The notes beneath the pieces are model-generated. The model did not search any database and was not told the origin of the DNA. It worked only from the letters and a program-made list of their open reading frames with translations. The position numbers were made by a program, and so were the translations under genes. A DNA stretch of 63,902 bases, filler included, from Collodictyon triciliatum (taxonomy: Eukaryota): NCBI GenBank assembly GCA_043381765.1. It is 9 parts of 9 records of this genome, joined end to end, with 100 filler letters (N's around TTAATTAATTAA, not from the genome) between each part and the next. Parts side by side here need not be neighbours in the genome. Positions count along the whole stretch, not along the records: positions 22,395 to 29,756 come from JBHJMP010003936.1; positions 29,857 to 37,215 come from JBHJMP010003937.1; positions 37,316 to 44,672 come from JBHJMP010003938.1; 6 more parts are not named here. One strand, 5' to 3'. Below are positions 28,301 to 39,953 of the stretch, piece by piece. Position 1 is the first letter of the stretch; the number at the start of each line of letters is the position of its first letter.

Positions 28301-29436
28301 TCAATAGTGTTTGCAGTATTCAAGGACCGAACGGTGAAAATTGGTTGGCTTCTGGAAGTGGTGATGAAACAATACGTATTTGGGATGTAGCCACAGGAAA
28401 CCGAATCAAAACATTAGAAGGGCATACAAATGATGTCATGAGTGTTTGCAGTATTCAAGGACCGAACGGTGAAAATTGGCTGGCTTCTGGAAGTCGTGAT
28501 AACACTTTACGTATTTGGGATGTAGCCACAGGAAACCAAACACACAGTCTGCAAAAGTCAGAAGTGACCTACACCCAAGGAAAATATCTTGTCAAGAAAG
28601 AAAAGCCTGACGAAGTCATCGCAGTATTCAACAGAACAAGTGATGCGATGGACATGATTGATACCAACAGAATCCAAGATGCAAAGACAGTCCAGATTAT
28701 CGGCCCAAGAAAGCTGCAAGGTGGAAACATCCAAATCAGAAATGTCACGCGATTGAGTCAATTCAACAAATCCCTCCTACTTTCTATCGGTGCTGCTTCC
28801 TTCGATGCGGACTTTGCTGCCTATTGTGAGCAGGGTAAGTTCACCAAGTTCCAGGCTCAAATGATGGCTGAGTGCTGTGAGAATGCATGGGGTATTGAGA
28901 AAGACACTGAGAAAGCAGCTGAGTGGAGAATTATCGCTCCTTTGAAATCATCATTAGACTTTGATGGATTGAAGCAACTCGCACAACGAGGCTCAAAGGA
29001 TGCATTCAATGTTTTGAAAGAAATGGCTGAAATTAAGGAAAACATTCTTAGCAAATGGGCAAACGAGACATATGGAAGTAAAATTGGTGAAAAATACAAA
29101 TATCCACAGGCTGTTTCTATTGTTGCTGAATGCTATGAGAATGGATGGAGTGTTGAGAAGAACACCGTGAAAGCAGCTGAGTGGTTCGGAAAAGCTGAAA
29201 ACTTTGAAAAATTGAAGCAACTTGCTCAACAAGGCTCAAAGGTGGCATTCAATGTTTTGAAAGAAATGGCTAAAATGATGGAAGATATTCTGGAGTACGA
29301 GACATATGGAAGAAAAATTAGTGAACACAAATATCCACAGGCTATTCCTATTGTTGCTGAGTGCTATGAGAATGGATGGAGTGTTGAGAAGGACACCGTG
29401 AAAGCTGCTGGGTGGAGACAGAAAACCTCAGCTTAA
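22394..29436 (+). CDS. NLR/STAND-like multidomain protein: TEP1/NPHP3-type post-NTPase helical region, TPRs, pentapeptide repeats, 17 WD40, Sel1-like repeats (5'-truncated)
   Basis: GHPLYLRIILDEVRVFGVYEKL, VSRIGLSEGDL and YFHQLL resemble the helical/winged-helix tail that follows the NACHT domain in the TEP1/NPHP3 family. Next come 42-aa TPR exons (LGENHPNVVAC, LGAKHASVAST), spliced in frame (AG|A TTG GAC at 25491) to the long terminal exon (ORF track 25492-29436, 1314 aa). The P-loop itself is outside the contig. Confidence 0.8.
24160..25399 (+). repeat. Array of single-TPR exons, all with phase-2 boundaries
   Basis: Exons 24363-24488, 24572-24697, 24779-24904, 25079-25204 and 25274-25399 are each exactly 126 nt; 24160-24282 is 123 nt. 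Confidence 0.88.
26254..28540 (+). repeat. 17 tandem 135-bp (45-aa) WD40 repeats with high internal nucleotide conservation
   Basis: Unit LEGHxxxVxSVCSIQGPNGENWLASGSxDxTIRIWDVATGNQIKT. The DNA core cagtattcaaggaccgaatggtgaaa...tgggatgtagccacaggaaaccaaatcaaaacattagaaggtcat recurs every 135 bp. Confidence 0.97.
28864..29420 (+). repeat. Three Sel1-like repeats; the last ~240-bp unit is a recent tandem duplication
   Basis: AECCENAWGIEKDTEKAAEW, AECYENGWSVEKNTVKAAEW and AECYENGWSVEKDTVKAAGW. Near-identical DNA at ~28960-29190 and ~29200-29420. Confidence 0.8.
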
Positions 29437-30385
29437 CAAGGTAAGTAGTATAGTAAATGCGTATTAATGTATGTTCGTTAACTAGAATCATTTTAGATGG
29501 AGAGATTCTCTGCGTTTTTTTCAAGCAGACCTCCGCTTTTTTCCCACAAGGACACTCCATGAAAACAGAATAAAACCATAAAAATGAAAGCAAAGCTGAT
29601 CGATCTCTGTTGCAACCATTTTTTTCTTTTTTTTTCTTTTCTTTTTTCTTTTCTTTTTTCTTTTCTTTTTCCTTTTCTTTTTCCTTTTCTTTTTCCTTTT
29701 CTTTTTCCTTTTCTTTTTCCTTTTCTTTTTCCTTTTCTTTTTCCTTTTCTTTTTCCNNNNNNNNNNNNNNNNNNNNNNNNNNNNNNNNNNNNNNNNNNNN
29801 TTAATTAATTAANNNNNNNNNNNNNNNNNNNNNNNNNNNNNNNNNNNNNNNNNNNNTGAAAAAAAAACAAAAAAAAAAAAAAAAAAAAAACATACAACAG
29901 CCGGCAAACCAGCACAACTTCCTCAGCATAGGCATTAGCGGAACCGGCAAGAATATTGTAAAATTATTTTTGCAGACTCTGAAGAAATATACCTTTATTT
30001 TTTGAATCAGCAACTATAATATAAGTCAAAATTTTGGAAATATAAGTAATGAATTATCCATTCTAATAGTCGGAAGATATTCATCCGTTCAAGTCGACTC
30101 CTTGAATCTCAAAATCATACTTTAATCAACCAGATTCAGGTATGACACATATTTGGGAAAATCTCTACGTGTATATTTTATGACTAAATAAACGCTAGAT
30201 TCTGATAATTTGCTATCCTTGTTAATATTTACCTATACTTTTCATAAGGCATATATAATATTGAATGATGTATGAATTAAAAATAGTCAAGTTGGAAAAA
30301 TCAATCATAAGTTAATTTAACGTCATTAGAGGGAGTTTCATTGAAATAAAAAAAATCTATACGTAATTAATACAAAAATTTGACT

Positions 30386-30560
30386 ATTTTTTAATTCTTT
30401 CATTCCATTTTGTGCAGGGCGGTGGAGATGCTGGCTTTTGTTCGCTAGCCATCGTTTGCATGGACGCTACTTGGTTGCCGGGTGGCGGAGAAGTAGTCGG
30501 TAATCAGGAATTGCATCCTGCGGTTTAGCCTGTAGTCTGGATCTTGTGCTTGCATAAGGA
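30386..30560 (-). mobile_element. Severely 5'-truncated copy of the same LINE family (3' terminal ~170 bp)
   Basis: 30421-30556 aligns nearly base for base with 18443-18577 and encodes LMQAQDPDYRLNRRMQFLITDYFSATRQPSSVHANDG* plus an A-rich tail. Confidence 0.85.
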
Positions 30561-33500
30561 AGACCAGGACACAAATTTCAACTCTTTAAATATTTTGATT
30601 ATTTCTCAGGATGAATTTAAAAAACCGTTTATAATAGCACTTGATGAACTTTCAGAAAGGGCCCATCTGTCATTCCATTTCATCGTACAAGGAACTCTGG
30701 AGCTCTCATTTTTTGGTTATAAATAAGTTATACAGTAATTTGACCAAGCCAATTCATAGTATCGAAAGGAAATTTATTTATCTGAAGGTTTCAAGTACCA
30801 TTAATCTAATTTTTATAATAATAAAAGAAACACATAATTAAAACTTTGAGGTCATTACAAAGAATAGTGCAATCTTTGGGCCAGATTGGCCAAGAATCTG
30901 ATAGTAAAAAAAGTATGATTCTTGTCTAATTTTACCCTCTAATTCTTATCATAATTGAAAAACACGAAAAATTTTAAAATTTTATGACAGAATATTCGTC
31001 ACATGTTTGATATTCAACGATAGAAAAAGCAAATACGCACATTTTAAGTACACGTGTTTATAAAGCCTAATTTTTAGCAGATCATCAATCAAACTTCATT
31101 CTTCATTTAGGTCTCGTTTTGATAAATGAATTAATCTGATAACTTCATGGACTAGCTGAAGAATCGCATTATTTAATTCAATATATCATATTAAGCATTA
31201 ATCATTCATCTTGAATTAGAAACTGGTCGAACTAAAGTCATGGACAAAACTCAGATACAGTTGCAATTGGAAGGGACAATAGACAAAATCCGTGGGAAAG
31301 GGAACTATTTCGATCTACTACTTGGAGGAGGGGGGAGGGGTGGTGGATCGGCGGCTCCTAGTCTTCCCGATGGTCTGAAGTAAAGGTCTAAGAACGTACG
31401 GCGGGGGTGTTGGGTTGTGTTGTGTGTGGAAGTAAGTATGTCTTGGTCTAGTCATTCATGACCAAAAAAAATAAAAAATCATATTCGTTGTAAATTTCTC
31501 TAATCAAGAGTCATTTATCCTTTTTTCGGTAAGGAGGATTAATCTTATTTGAAAACATTACCTATTCAACATATAAAATACAGCATGCATAAAGTCGAAT
31601 AGTTTATAATTAAAAATATTTCATTAGTAAAACTATACTAATGATAGAACAAAATTCAATAAAATTAAGAATTATCATCGAAGTCTGGCCATGCTAGTTA
31701 TTTCATTATTTAGTTGATAGATTTAATCCTAACATAAAATACATGGAATCAATATTGTAATACTTACAATAAATACAATAATATCAGCTATATGTTTTCT
31801 AATGAAGTTTAATCAAGATGAATGGCCTGCTTACAGAATCGTCATGCCACGTCATTTATTTTTCGATAATCGTATCACGTATTGCCTTGTGAATACTAAA
31901 TCTACAAATAATCTTTAAATTACGTATCTACTAGAAAGTGTTTGTTATCTGCAGATTCTTGGTATCTGTATTTTAAATTCCGTTTTAATTAAATCAATAG
32001 ATACGCTTTTGCATCAAATGTGAAATTTAAAAAACAACTAACCGACATAAAAACCATTATATTATCCAAATCGAAAAACACATACCATATCTCCGCTAAA
32101 AACCAGTTTGCCGCTGAATGATACACCACCCCTCTCCTTGACTGACCTGCAATGATTTGTCCACAGCTTCACACCCATACCCTTCACCTAAATAGACCTT
32201 GTTCGTTTCTCCAAGTGAAATGATTTGTTAGTTTACCGCTCAATAAAGAAACCTATTTGATAATTAATCGTTGTTGAATCATCTAAATTAGTTCAATTTT
32301 CTCCCTTTAAGATTTAGATGTCGATTTATCAAATCCAACAAACCCACCCTCCTCCTTCCAATTCCAAACCAATCAGAGGTAATGAAAAGGTATTTGTGAT
32401 ATGTATTATTATTATGTCCCCCCGACTAACCGAGGATATGGTAGACGGTTCACGCCCTTTTGTTGTTTTACGACTACCATCGTTCAAATATAATAAAAAA
32501 CCCTTTTTATGCATACAATTTATATTTTCGTATATTTATGTTGATTTCTTAATGATTTATTTATTTAATCCACCACATACAGTATGACTTCTATGATTGT
32601 TTCATACCAATGATTCTATCATTTTATCAAATCCTTGATATTGTTCGGTTTATTCCTATTCGGTCAAAATATGGCCGAGTACAAGTATTAATGCATACAC
32701 AATTTTATTGATAATCTATATTATTCATTTTTTTTATCAAATATTCAAAAACAAGAATTCAATTTGTCTGCATTGATAGAAATGTAAACCAATTGAATAG
32801 CTAAACTTTCAGTTCTAAAATATCTCTTGAAATGATTGTGCTTGTAAATTGAATACTATCAATACCTTTTATTATTATTTTTGTATCATAATTAGTTTTA
32901 GCTTTTTATAAACACTGATTTTATCTTGGGTTCCAAAGGAACTTAAAAATCACATGGCTTAGAGCTCAATGAAATATAAGATTGACATAAAACATATCGC
33001 TATTAGTAGTCAAAAGAATATAGTCAAATTTTTATCGATATAAGTTATGAAAGTTTTGGTTCTGATTTAATGAATAATATGAATATGGAAACTGACATAC
33101 GATTGGATTTTTAAGATAGTTGGTTGATTTGAATCCAAATTGAGAGCCTTTTTATAGGTAATGAAATAATCACGATGAAAAAGATACATGAAAATCTATA
33201 GTGAAACTGATCGCTAATCACTGAACCTCTTAGAGATGATACCCAGCTCTCAAAAAACATATTTTGGTGTTTCAATCAGTTGCTAATGTAAGTTTACCGA
33301 ATATTAGGATGTCACTCATCGCTTGGCCATTTCCATACACATATGGGCGTACTTCATGAGTAAGCATAGTTCTAAAACAATTAGTAATCCAGCTAACTGA
33401 AGGAAGATTTCATAAAAACTAAATTTTATACTTTTAAATCCAGAACAAATTTTTATCGGAAGCCATGTTCAAGGGCGATATCATTTTTCTCATATAATAA

Positions 33501-34570
33501 GTATTCGATATAGTCAAGCAAACAGGGTTTCTTTAATATATGATTCAATATAAATTATCTGATAATATGGCTGTTTTAACCTCTGGTTGTTTGATTAATT
33601 ACTGTGTAATTATATGGTAAACACTAAGAGGATTCAAATAAATGGTTATTACCCTAACATTTTTCATTATCATGATGAATAACAATTTATACGAATGCAA
33701 CAACCAAGAAAATTTTTTTTATAATTTGGAACTGACATTTATAATTTTAGGAATGACCAAAGTTCTAGCCGTCACAATGATTTTATGCAAATAGTTCCAT
33801 TCTCTCTTAATTATTTTAGTCATTAATCAAACCATATGAAGCACAAACTCATGATATTCTTATCTATCAAAATTTATTTGTATTTACAATCATACGTTTT
33901 AGCTTATCGGTGAATATCCAAAGATGATGAATAATAGATTATTTATCTGGTTTATATGATATTGAAAAATGAGAGAGGATTAACATACTGAATAATGATA
34001 TATGTGTGTACAAAAAGACAAGTGGTTTACGAATTTGAGGTTGATTTATTACAAGGAAAGTAAAAATAATATAAATAAGACAGTTCATATGAAAATTATA
34101 AAATCAAATAATGAATATAAATTTATACACTAAAAAATTCATTCATTTTTCCTAAGCAATATGTTTTTGTTGATTTATTTTTATAAATAATTCATTATTT
34201 TCATTATATCAACTTTATATCACATGAAAAATCAAAATATTTGATTTTTTTGACACAAAATTAAGCTTCGATTTGAGAATTGCTTTATTTAATAATGAAT
34301 ATTCTTGAAATCAAATTTACTGAATATACCTATGTTTGGTGAATAAAATATCAGCAGAAAAAACAATATTCAACTTATACTGAGAAATTAATTGCAATAG
34401 GATAGAAATGCACTCACCAGATGAAAAAAGAACTGATTTCCAACGCAATAATTTCTTCGAATCGATAAGGACATCTCCCAAAATTCCTGCAACGTGCGTT
34501 TCATAATTCAATCTGTGATAAATACATTTGATTAATTAGTCTTAATTTTAAATATATAACCAGAAATTCA

Positions 34571-37215
34571 ATGCTTTTGGTTGCGTTTGTTGCCATCGTT
34601 TTCATTGTTTCATCGGCATCCTCAATTCATCCACGTCAAAGGTATATTTTGATTTATGAATATTTATAAAATACACTTTCGACTCAAATAAGGAAAACAG
34701 ATGCCAGTATTCAAGAGATGAGTTGCTTTCCATGAATGTTGAAGATGCGTTCCAAATTCTGTTGAGCTTCTACGATGAGACATGTCCTTTGTTGAAAGAG
34801 AGTGAGGATAACTTTTCAGGGTTGATGAATGGTCGCAAAGATGGAGAATACTCGCTAGAAAATGGACGCGGTGCTGAATGGAATTACGGAAAAAAATTAT
34901 CATCTAGTAAGGTCGATTTCTACAAAGAAATTCATTCGGAAAAACAAAGTGGAAACAGAGAACGGGGGTTGGAGAATGAAGATAGTCGAAATGTGGCCGA
35001 TAGAAATACTGGGACCCAATACGAACTGCTTGTCCAACTTTACAATTCACTTGGCGGCGATATTTGGTTTTGGAACACTGGATGGAAGAATGAAACTATC
35101 CCGATTTGTAATTGGTATGGAATATCGTGTCATCAGAGCTGTTCAGATCAAGACTATAAGGTATTCCCAGTATGACAATAATATCTCTTTTGATTTCATT
35201 TTTAACATATTTTCCTTTATATTTGTAGAGCAACACATGTCCTATATTCAGAATCAGTATGTCTGGAAACAATCTTAATGGTGACATTGAAGCTGCCTCT
35301 ATAATTTTTGAGAAGTTTCAATTATTGGATTCTTTGGACATGAGCTACAACTTTATTTACGGAAATCTTCCAGACTTTAATCTCCCTAGTATTACGTATC
35401 TGAAACTCTATGTGAATCAAATTACAGGAACGATTCCAGACTTTCAAGGAATGCCGAATATTGAACATACTGATATTGATGGGAATGAATTGGAAGGAAC
35501 AATACCGGATTTTTCTGCAATACAGTCGCTGAATACATTGTTAATTGGTGGAAGTGAAAAAATTACAGGTACAAAGTAATTTCTATAAGGTTTATTCTGA
35601 ATTCTAATGATTTTTCCATTTCAGGAACTCTTCCAGACTTCTCAGTGTTGCCAAATGTTCAGTTTCTTGCAATTTATAGCTGCGAGGTTCATGGTATGTT
35701 TTTCGTTTACTTAAATATGATGGCATAGAAGTGCTAATTTTAATGCTACAGGAACGGTTCCGAACTTCAGTGGAATTCCAAATGTTTTAGAGATATATCT
35801 TCACAACAATCGATTAACTGGTAAGTTGTTGTTATTATTTCATATGTTATTGATAAAAAAAAAACTAACTTTATATTACAGGAACGGTTCCAAACTTCAG
35901 TGGAATTCCAAATGTTGAAATAATTTATCTTTACAGCAACCAATTGAATGGTAAGTTTCAATTATTATTTTCATGTATTATTGATAAAAAAAAAAAACTA
36001 ACTTTATATTACAGGAACAGTTCCAAACTTCAGTGGAATTCCAAATGTTGAAATAATTTATCTTGACAGCAACCAGTTGATTGGTATGTTTAATTATTAT
36101 TTCATGTGTTATTGATAAAAAAAACTAACTTTATATTACAGGAACAGTTCCAAACTTCAGTGGAATTCCAAATATTGAAAGAGTTTATCTTGGAAACAAT
36201 CAGTTGAATGGTAAATTTCAATTATTATTTTCATGTGTTATTGATAAAAAAAAACTAACTTTATATTACAGGAACGGTTCCAAACTTCAGTGGAATTCCA
36301 AGCGTTAGAAGAATTTACTTTGACAGAAACAGACTGAAGGGTGATTTCTACTTATTTTCGATTTCTATTCCTTTGATTTTCATATTTCCTGTAATATTAA
36401 TGAGTAATTTTAGGCACAATCCCAAACTTTTCAAATACGCGTAAACTGGAGATTTTTTCTGTCTATGATAATCAGTTGGAGGGAGTGGTTCCAGATTTCA
36501 AATATTGCAAAATAATCAAGGAAATAGCATTGTTCCGAAATAAGTTATCAGGCACATTACCGATGTTCAATATGAATAACCTGACAAGACTAGATGTGAG
36601 CGAAAACCAAATCACTGGCTCTATTTCCAATTACTGGAAATTACCATCAATTAAATACATCGACTTGTCTTGGAACAAAATGAACGGCACAGTCCCAACC
36701 TATTTCCAGGGACTGTCAGAACTGAAATCACTCGTTTTATCTCACAACAAATTCTCTGGAAGTATGCCTAATTTATTCTGGAATCTGCCGAATCTAGTCA
36801 CGATTGACTTAAGAAATAACTCATTTTCAGGAGACATTGGTGTTTTCATCTCACCAGCTTCAGGCAATTACGGTTATTTTTATGAAAACATTTTGCTTGA
36901 TGATAATAGACTGAATGGGGAATTGAATTGGTGGATATTTGACTTTGTTCTTAACATAAAAACATTAAGTCTTAAGAACAACAACATCACCAAGCTTGAT
37001 GAGCTTACAAATCTTTTGAGATGGACTTCCCTTGACCTCACTGGAAATCCGATTGTTGAAAGCATTCCTGAATCATACGTTAGGTTTTCAAAGCTTGAGT
37101 ATCTGGGATTAAATAAAACATCGATGAATCACGGAACAGCTAATTTTCTTCCTGGTTTTATGAATTTTACGACATCTTTCAATCTACAAGATGAAACAAA
37201 ACGCTACCTTTGTCC
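34571..37215 (+). CDS. Secreted/surface LRR receptor (signal peptide, LRR N-cap, GxIP/GxVP-type LRRs), 3'-truncated
   Basis: Signal-like MLLVAFVAIVFIVSSASS; cap LVQLYNSLGGDIWFWNTGWKNETIPICNWYGISC; LRRs of the NxLxGxVPxF type. The last exon is clearly paralogous to ORF 42496-43839. Confidence 0.88.
35752..36340 (+). repeat. Tandem exon+intron repeat: five 69-nt LRR exons separated by four near-identical ~60-nt phase-1 introns
   Basis: Exons 35752-35820, 35882-35950, 36015-36083, 36142-36210 and 36272-36340. The introns share ttattattttcatrtrttattgataaaaaaaa(a)ctaactttatattacag. Confidence 0.95.
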
Positions 37216-37315
37216 NNNNNNNNNNNNNNNNNNNNNNNNNNNNNNNNNNNNNNNNNNNNTTAATTAATTAANNNNNNNNNNNNNNNNNNNNNNNNNNNNN
37301 NNNNNNNNNNNNNNN

Positions 37316-37757
37316 AACAAATAACAACAAATAACAACAAATAACAACAAATAACAACAAATAACAACAAATAACAACAAATAACAACAAATAACAACAA
37401 ATAACAACAAATAAACAACAAATAGACAACAAATAGACAACAAATAGACAACAAATAACAACAAATAACAACAAATAGACAACAAATAAACAACAAATAA
37501 ACAACAAATAGACAACAAATAACAACAAATAACAACAAATAACAACAAATAAACAACAAATAAACAACAAATAAACAACAAATAAACAACAAATAAACAA
37601 CAAATAAACAACAAATAAACTACAAATAGACAACAAATAGACAACAAATAGACAACAAATAGACAACAAATAGACAACAAATAAACAACAAATAAACAGC
37701 AAATAGACAACAAATAGACAACAAATAGACAACAAATAGACAACAAATAAACAACAA
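37316..37757 (+). repeat. Compound 10/11-mer satellite (AACAAATAAC / AACAAATAAAC / AACAAATAGAC)
   Basis: Directly visible; runs from the contig start up to the ATG at 37758. Confidence 0.95.
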
Positions 37758-39953
37758 ATGGACAAACACTTCATGGAATTTTTTTGCCCCCAAACCATAG
37801 GAAACCCCATTCGCACATCCGACACACATGGACCATTTCCAGACCTCAGTAGTTGTCCTTCTCCCCTATTTGCGCATCTGTACCCGTCGCACATCAATCT
37901 GAATCAGCAGGTATGCTTTTGATCCTTGCCCCAGCCATCCCATTATTCTGAATCACTTTCACTATTGCCCTCAAAAATGCTTTCTAAACGGGCGGAAATG
38001 TTTTCACTCTTCCAAACCTTATCTGTCTCCTCAAACCAATTCTAGAGTTCTGCGCCATCGTCAGGAGCCTCGTTGGTGGCCGGCTCAACCTCCATTATGA
38101 ACGCGAGTCCAAATGCAAGTCAGGGCACAAACGTGAATGCGGGGGTTAACGGAACCTCCAATGCTCACAACAACGCGCAATACCTACAACCAATGCCGAG
38201 TCCATTTTCGTATAATTTCCCGCAACAGTGGCGCTCTCCGAGTGTGTTACCTGCTGACTTTGGCGAGTTTCCATCTCCTGCGCCGTTCACGTTATCTGCT
38301 AATTTCACACCTCAAAACCAAATGAATTTCCACCAGCGTTCACCTCTCCACACACATGCCACAACTATGTCTACGTCTTCAGTCGCAGCCACGTGTTTCA
38401 ATGGCCATACGCAGTCCCACCATTTCAACCTGGACTCAGATTCGCCTATCTTCGGGTCCACAAACTCGGCAAATACTGTAATAGCACAGGATAAATGCTT
38501 GCCAAGAGACAGCCACTTCTCCCTAGACAGCACCTCGTATTACCCTCACGCCAAAGAGAACGGGACACTCGAACAAACAGACTTGATCGGTTCACAACCC
38601 ATGTATCGCCATGCACACCTGCACGACTTTGACGAGCCAGACACCAGAAGAGAAGAGCACTTAGCTTCAATATATGATCTGCCACGCTATCACGGAGTGG
38701 AGCCTCCTCCGCAACAAGAGCATCATCAGGTATCCAAGGAGCTTGAAAACAAGCGAGACTACGAGACAAAGAATCGATTGGGGCACGGAAATGATGCTCC
38801 GTATGACCATACGAGCTCTACATTGGCCACGTCCGCCTCAGGCCCCTCGTCCAAACTCGGGAAAGTAAGGAAAGGGCCAGCTCATCCCCCACTATCTTCC
38901 TTTGTCCCCTCTGTAGACTCTGCCTTATCCACAAAGAATCAGGCGCAGCGAGACCAGTCCTCGTCACAGCACCCTGGGGTTGAAAAGGAATATGGCCTTG
39001 GAATCAGTTTGGACTTTTGTCCTCATCCTGAACAAACTCAGGAAGCTGCGTCCAACGATGGCATTGGAAAGTCCGGCAACCTCCAGCATGGCTCTGGCCA
39101 TCCAGCATCATCGCAGGTGTCACAAGTACGTGGAGAATTCCCTCCACAAGCAAATGGGCCAAGTGACACCGGACGCTACAACGGACCCAAACTACACGAC
39201 ATGAAGCAGCACACTGATTTCTCTGAGGGACCCACCACGATATTCTCCACCATTGCAACACTAAACACGTATGAGGCCACCCCTGGGTACAATGGAAATG
39301 AATCCGCAAAACCAGGTACGAGTTTCAAAAATCCAAAGTTTAGTCATGGAGACTCTCCAGACTATGCCGACGAAGACTCTCTGGGCCGTGTGGGGCACAT
39401 GGGCACAACTGCGATGGGTGGCAGGTCGAAGCCTGAGACAGGCATGGTTTCTAGTCAGATTAATCCGCAACACAAAGAACAGCACCGAGCCACCCGGGTA
39501 TGTGGCGGATGCGGATTGGAAAAGAAGAGGGTCTATCGCTATCTTGGCGCCTCTGCGCCGTTCTGCAATGCGTGCAACCAGCATTGGCGCAGACATCTAC
39601 ACGAATGCCCGCTCTGCCTCAAGCTCCGCTCGTTGAACGCGTCCGAGGAACTGCGCGGGGTGGACATCACACTTTATCAAAATACCCAGAGACCCAACGT
39701 CCGGAAACGTGACCTGCCGATGAGATTTCCGCCGACTCCCGGTCACATCAGCACGCCCAAAAAGGGGTTCGGTTACGCAGATGGGTCAACAGACGTGATG
39801 GGTTCCCTCGGCCACAACCACCGGGGCTCGTCAAACGATGCAGATACTATGAATGCAGACTCTGCTTTCCTGTCAGGAAGACGGATGCATCACCCAGGAC
39901 ACAGCTCCTATGCAAGCATTCCGTACCAACCGCCTTTCCCTTTTGCCTCATAA
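37758..39953 (+). CDS. Low-complexity protein with an atypical GATA-type zinc finger
   Basis: CGGC-x17-CNAC followed by NQHWRRHLHECPLC. Exon 37758-37910 (CAG|GTATGC) splices in frame to 38046-39953. The rest is S/H/P/G-rich and looks disordered. Confidence 0.7.

Noticed and set aside
26254-28540. CRISPR array or diversity-generating retroelement template/variable repeats
   Set aside because: The repeats are in-frame coding WD40 units without unique spacers. Variation is not adenine-specific, and the only RT fragments are LINE-type on other contigs.
30560-34500. Hidden gene or element in the 4-kb AT-rich stretch
   Set aside because: Only short ORFs and G-rich or C-rich patches; I could not build a coherent frame, terminal repeat or RNA structure.
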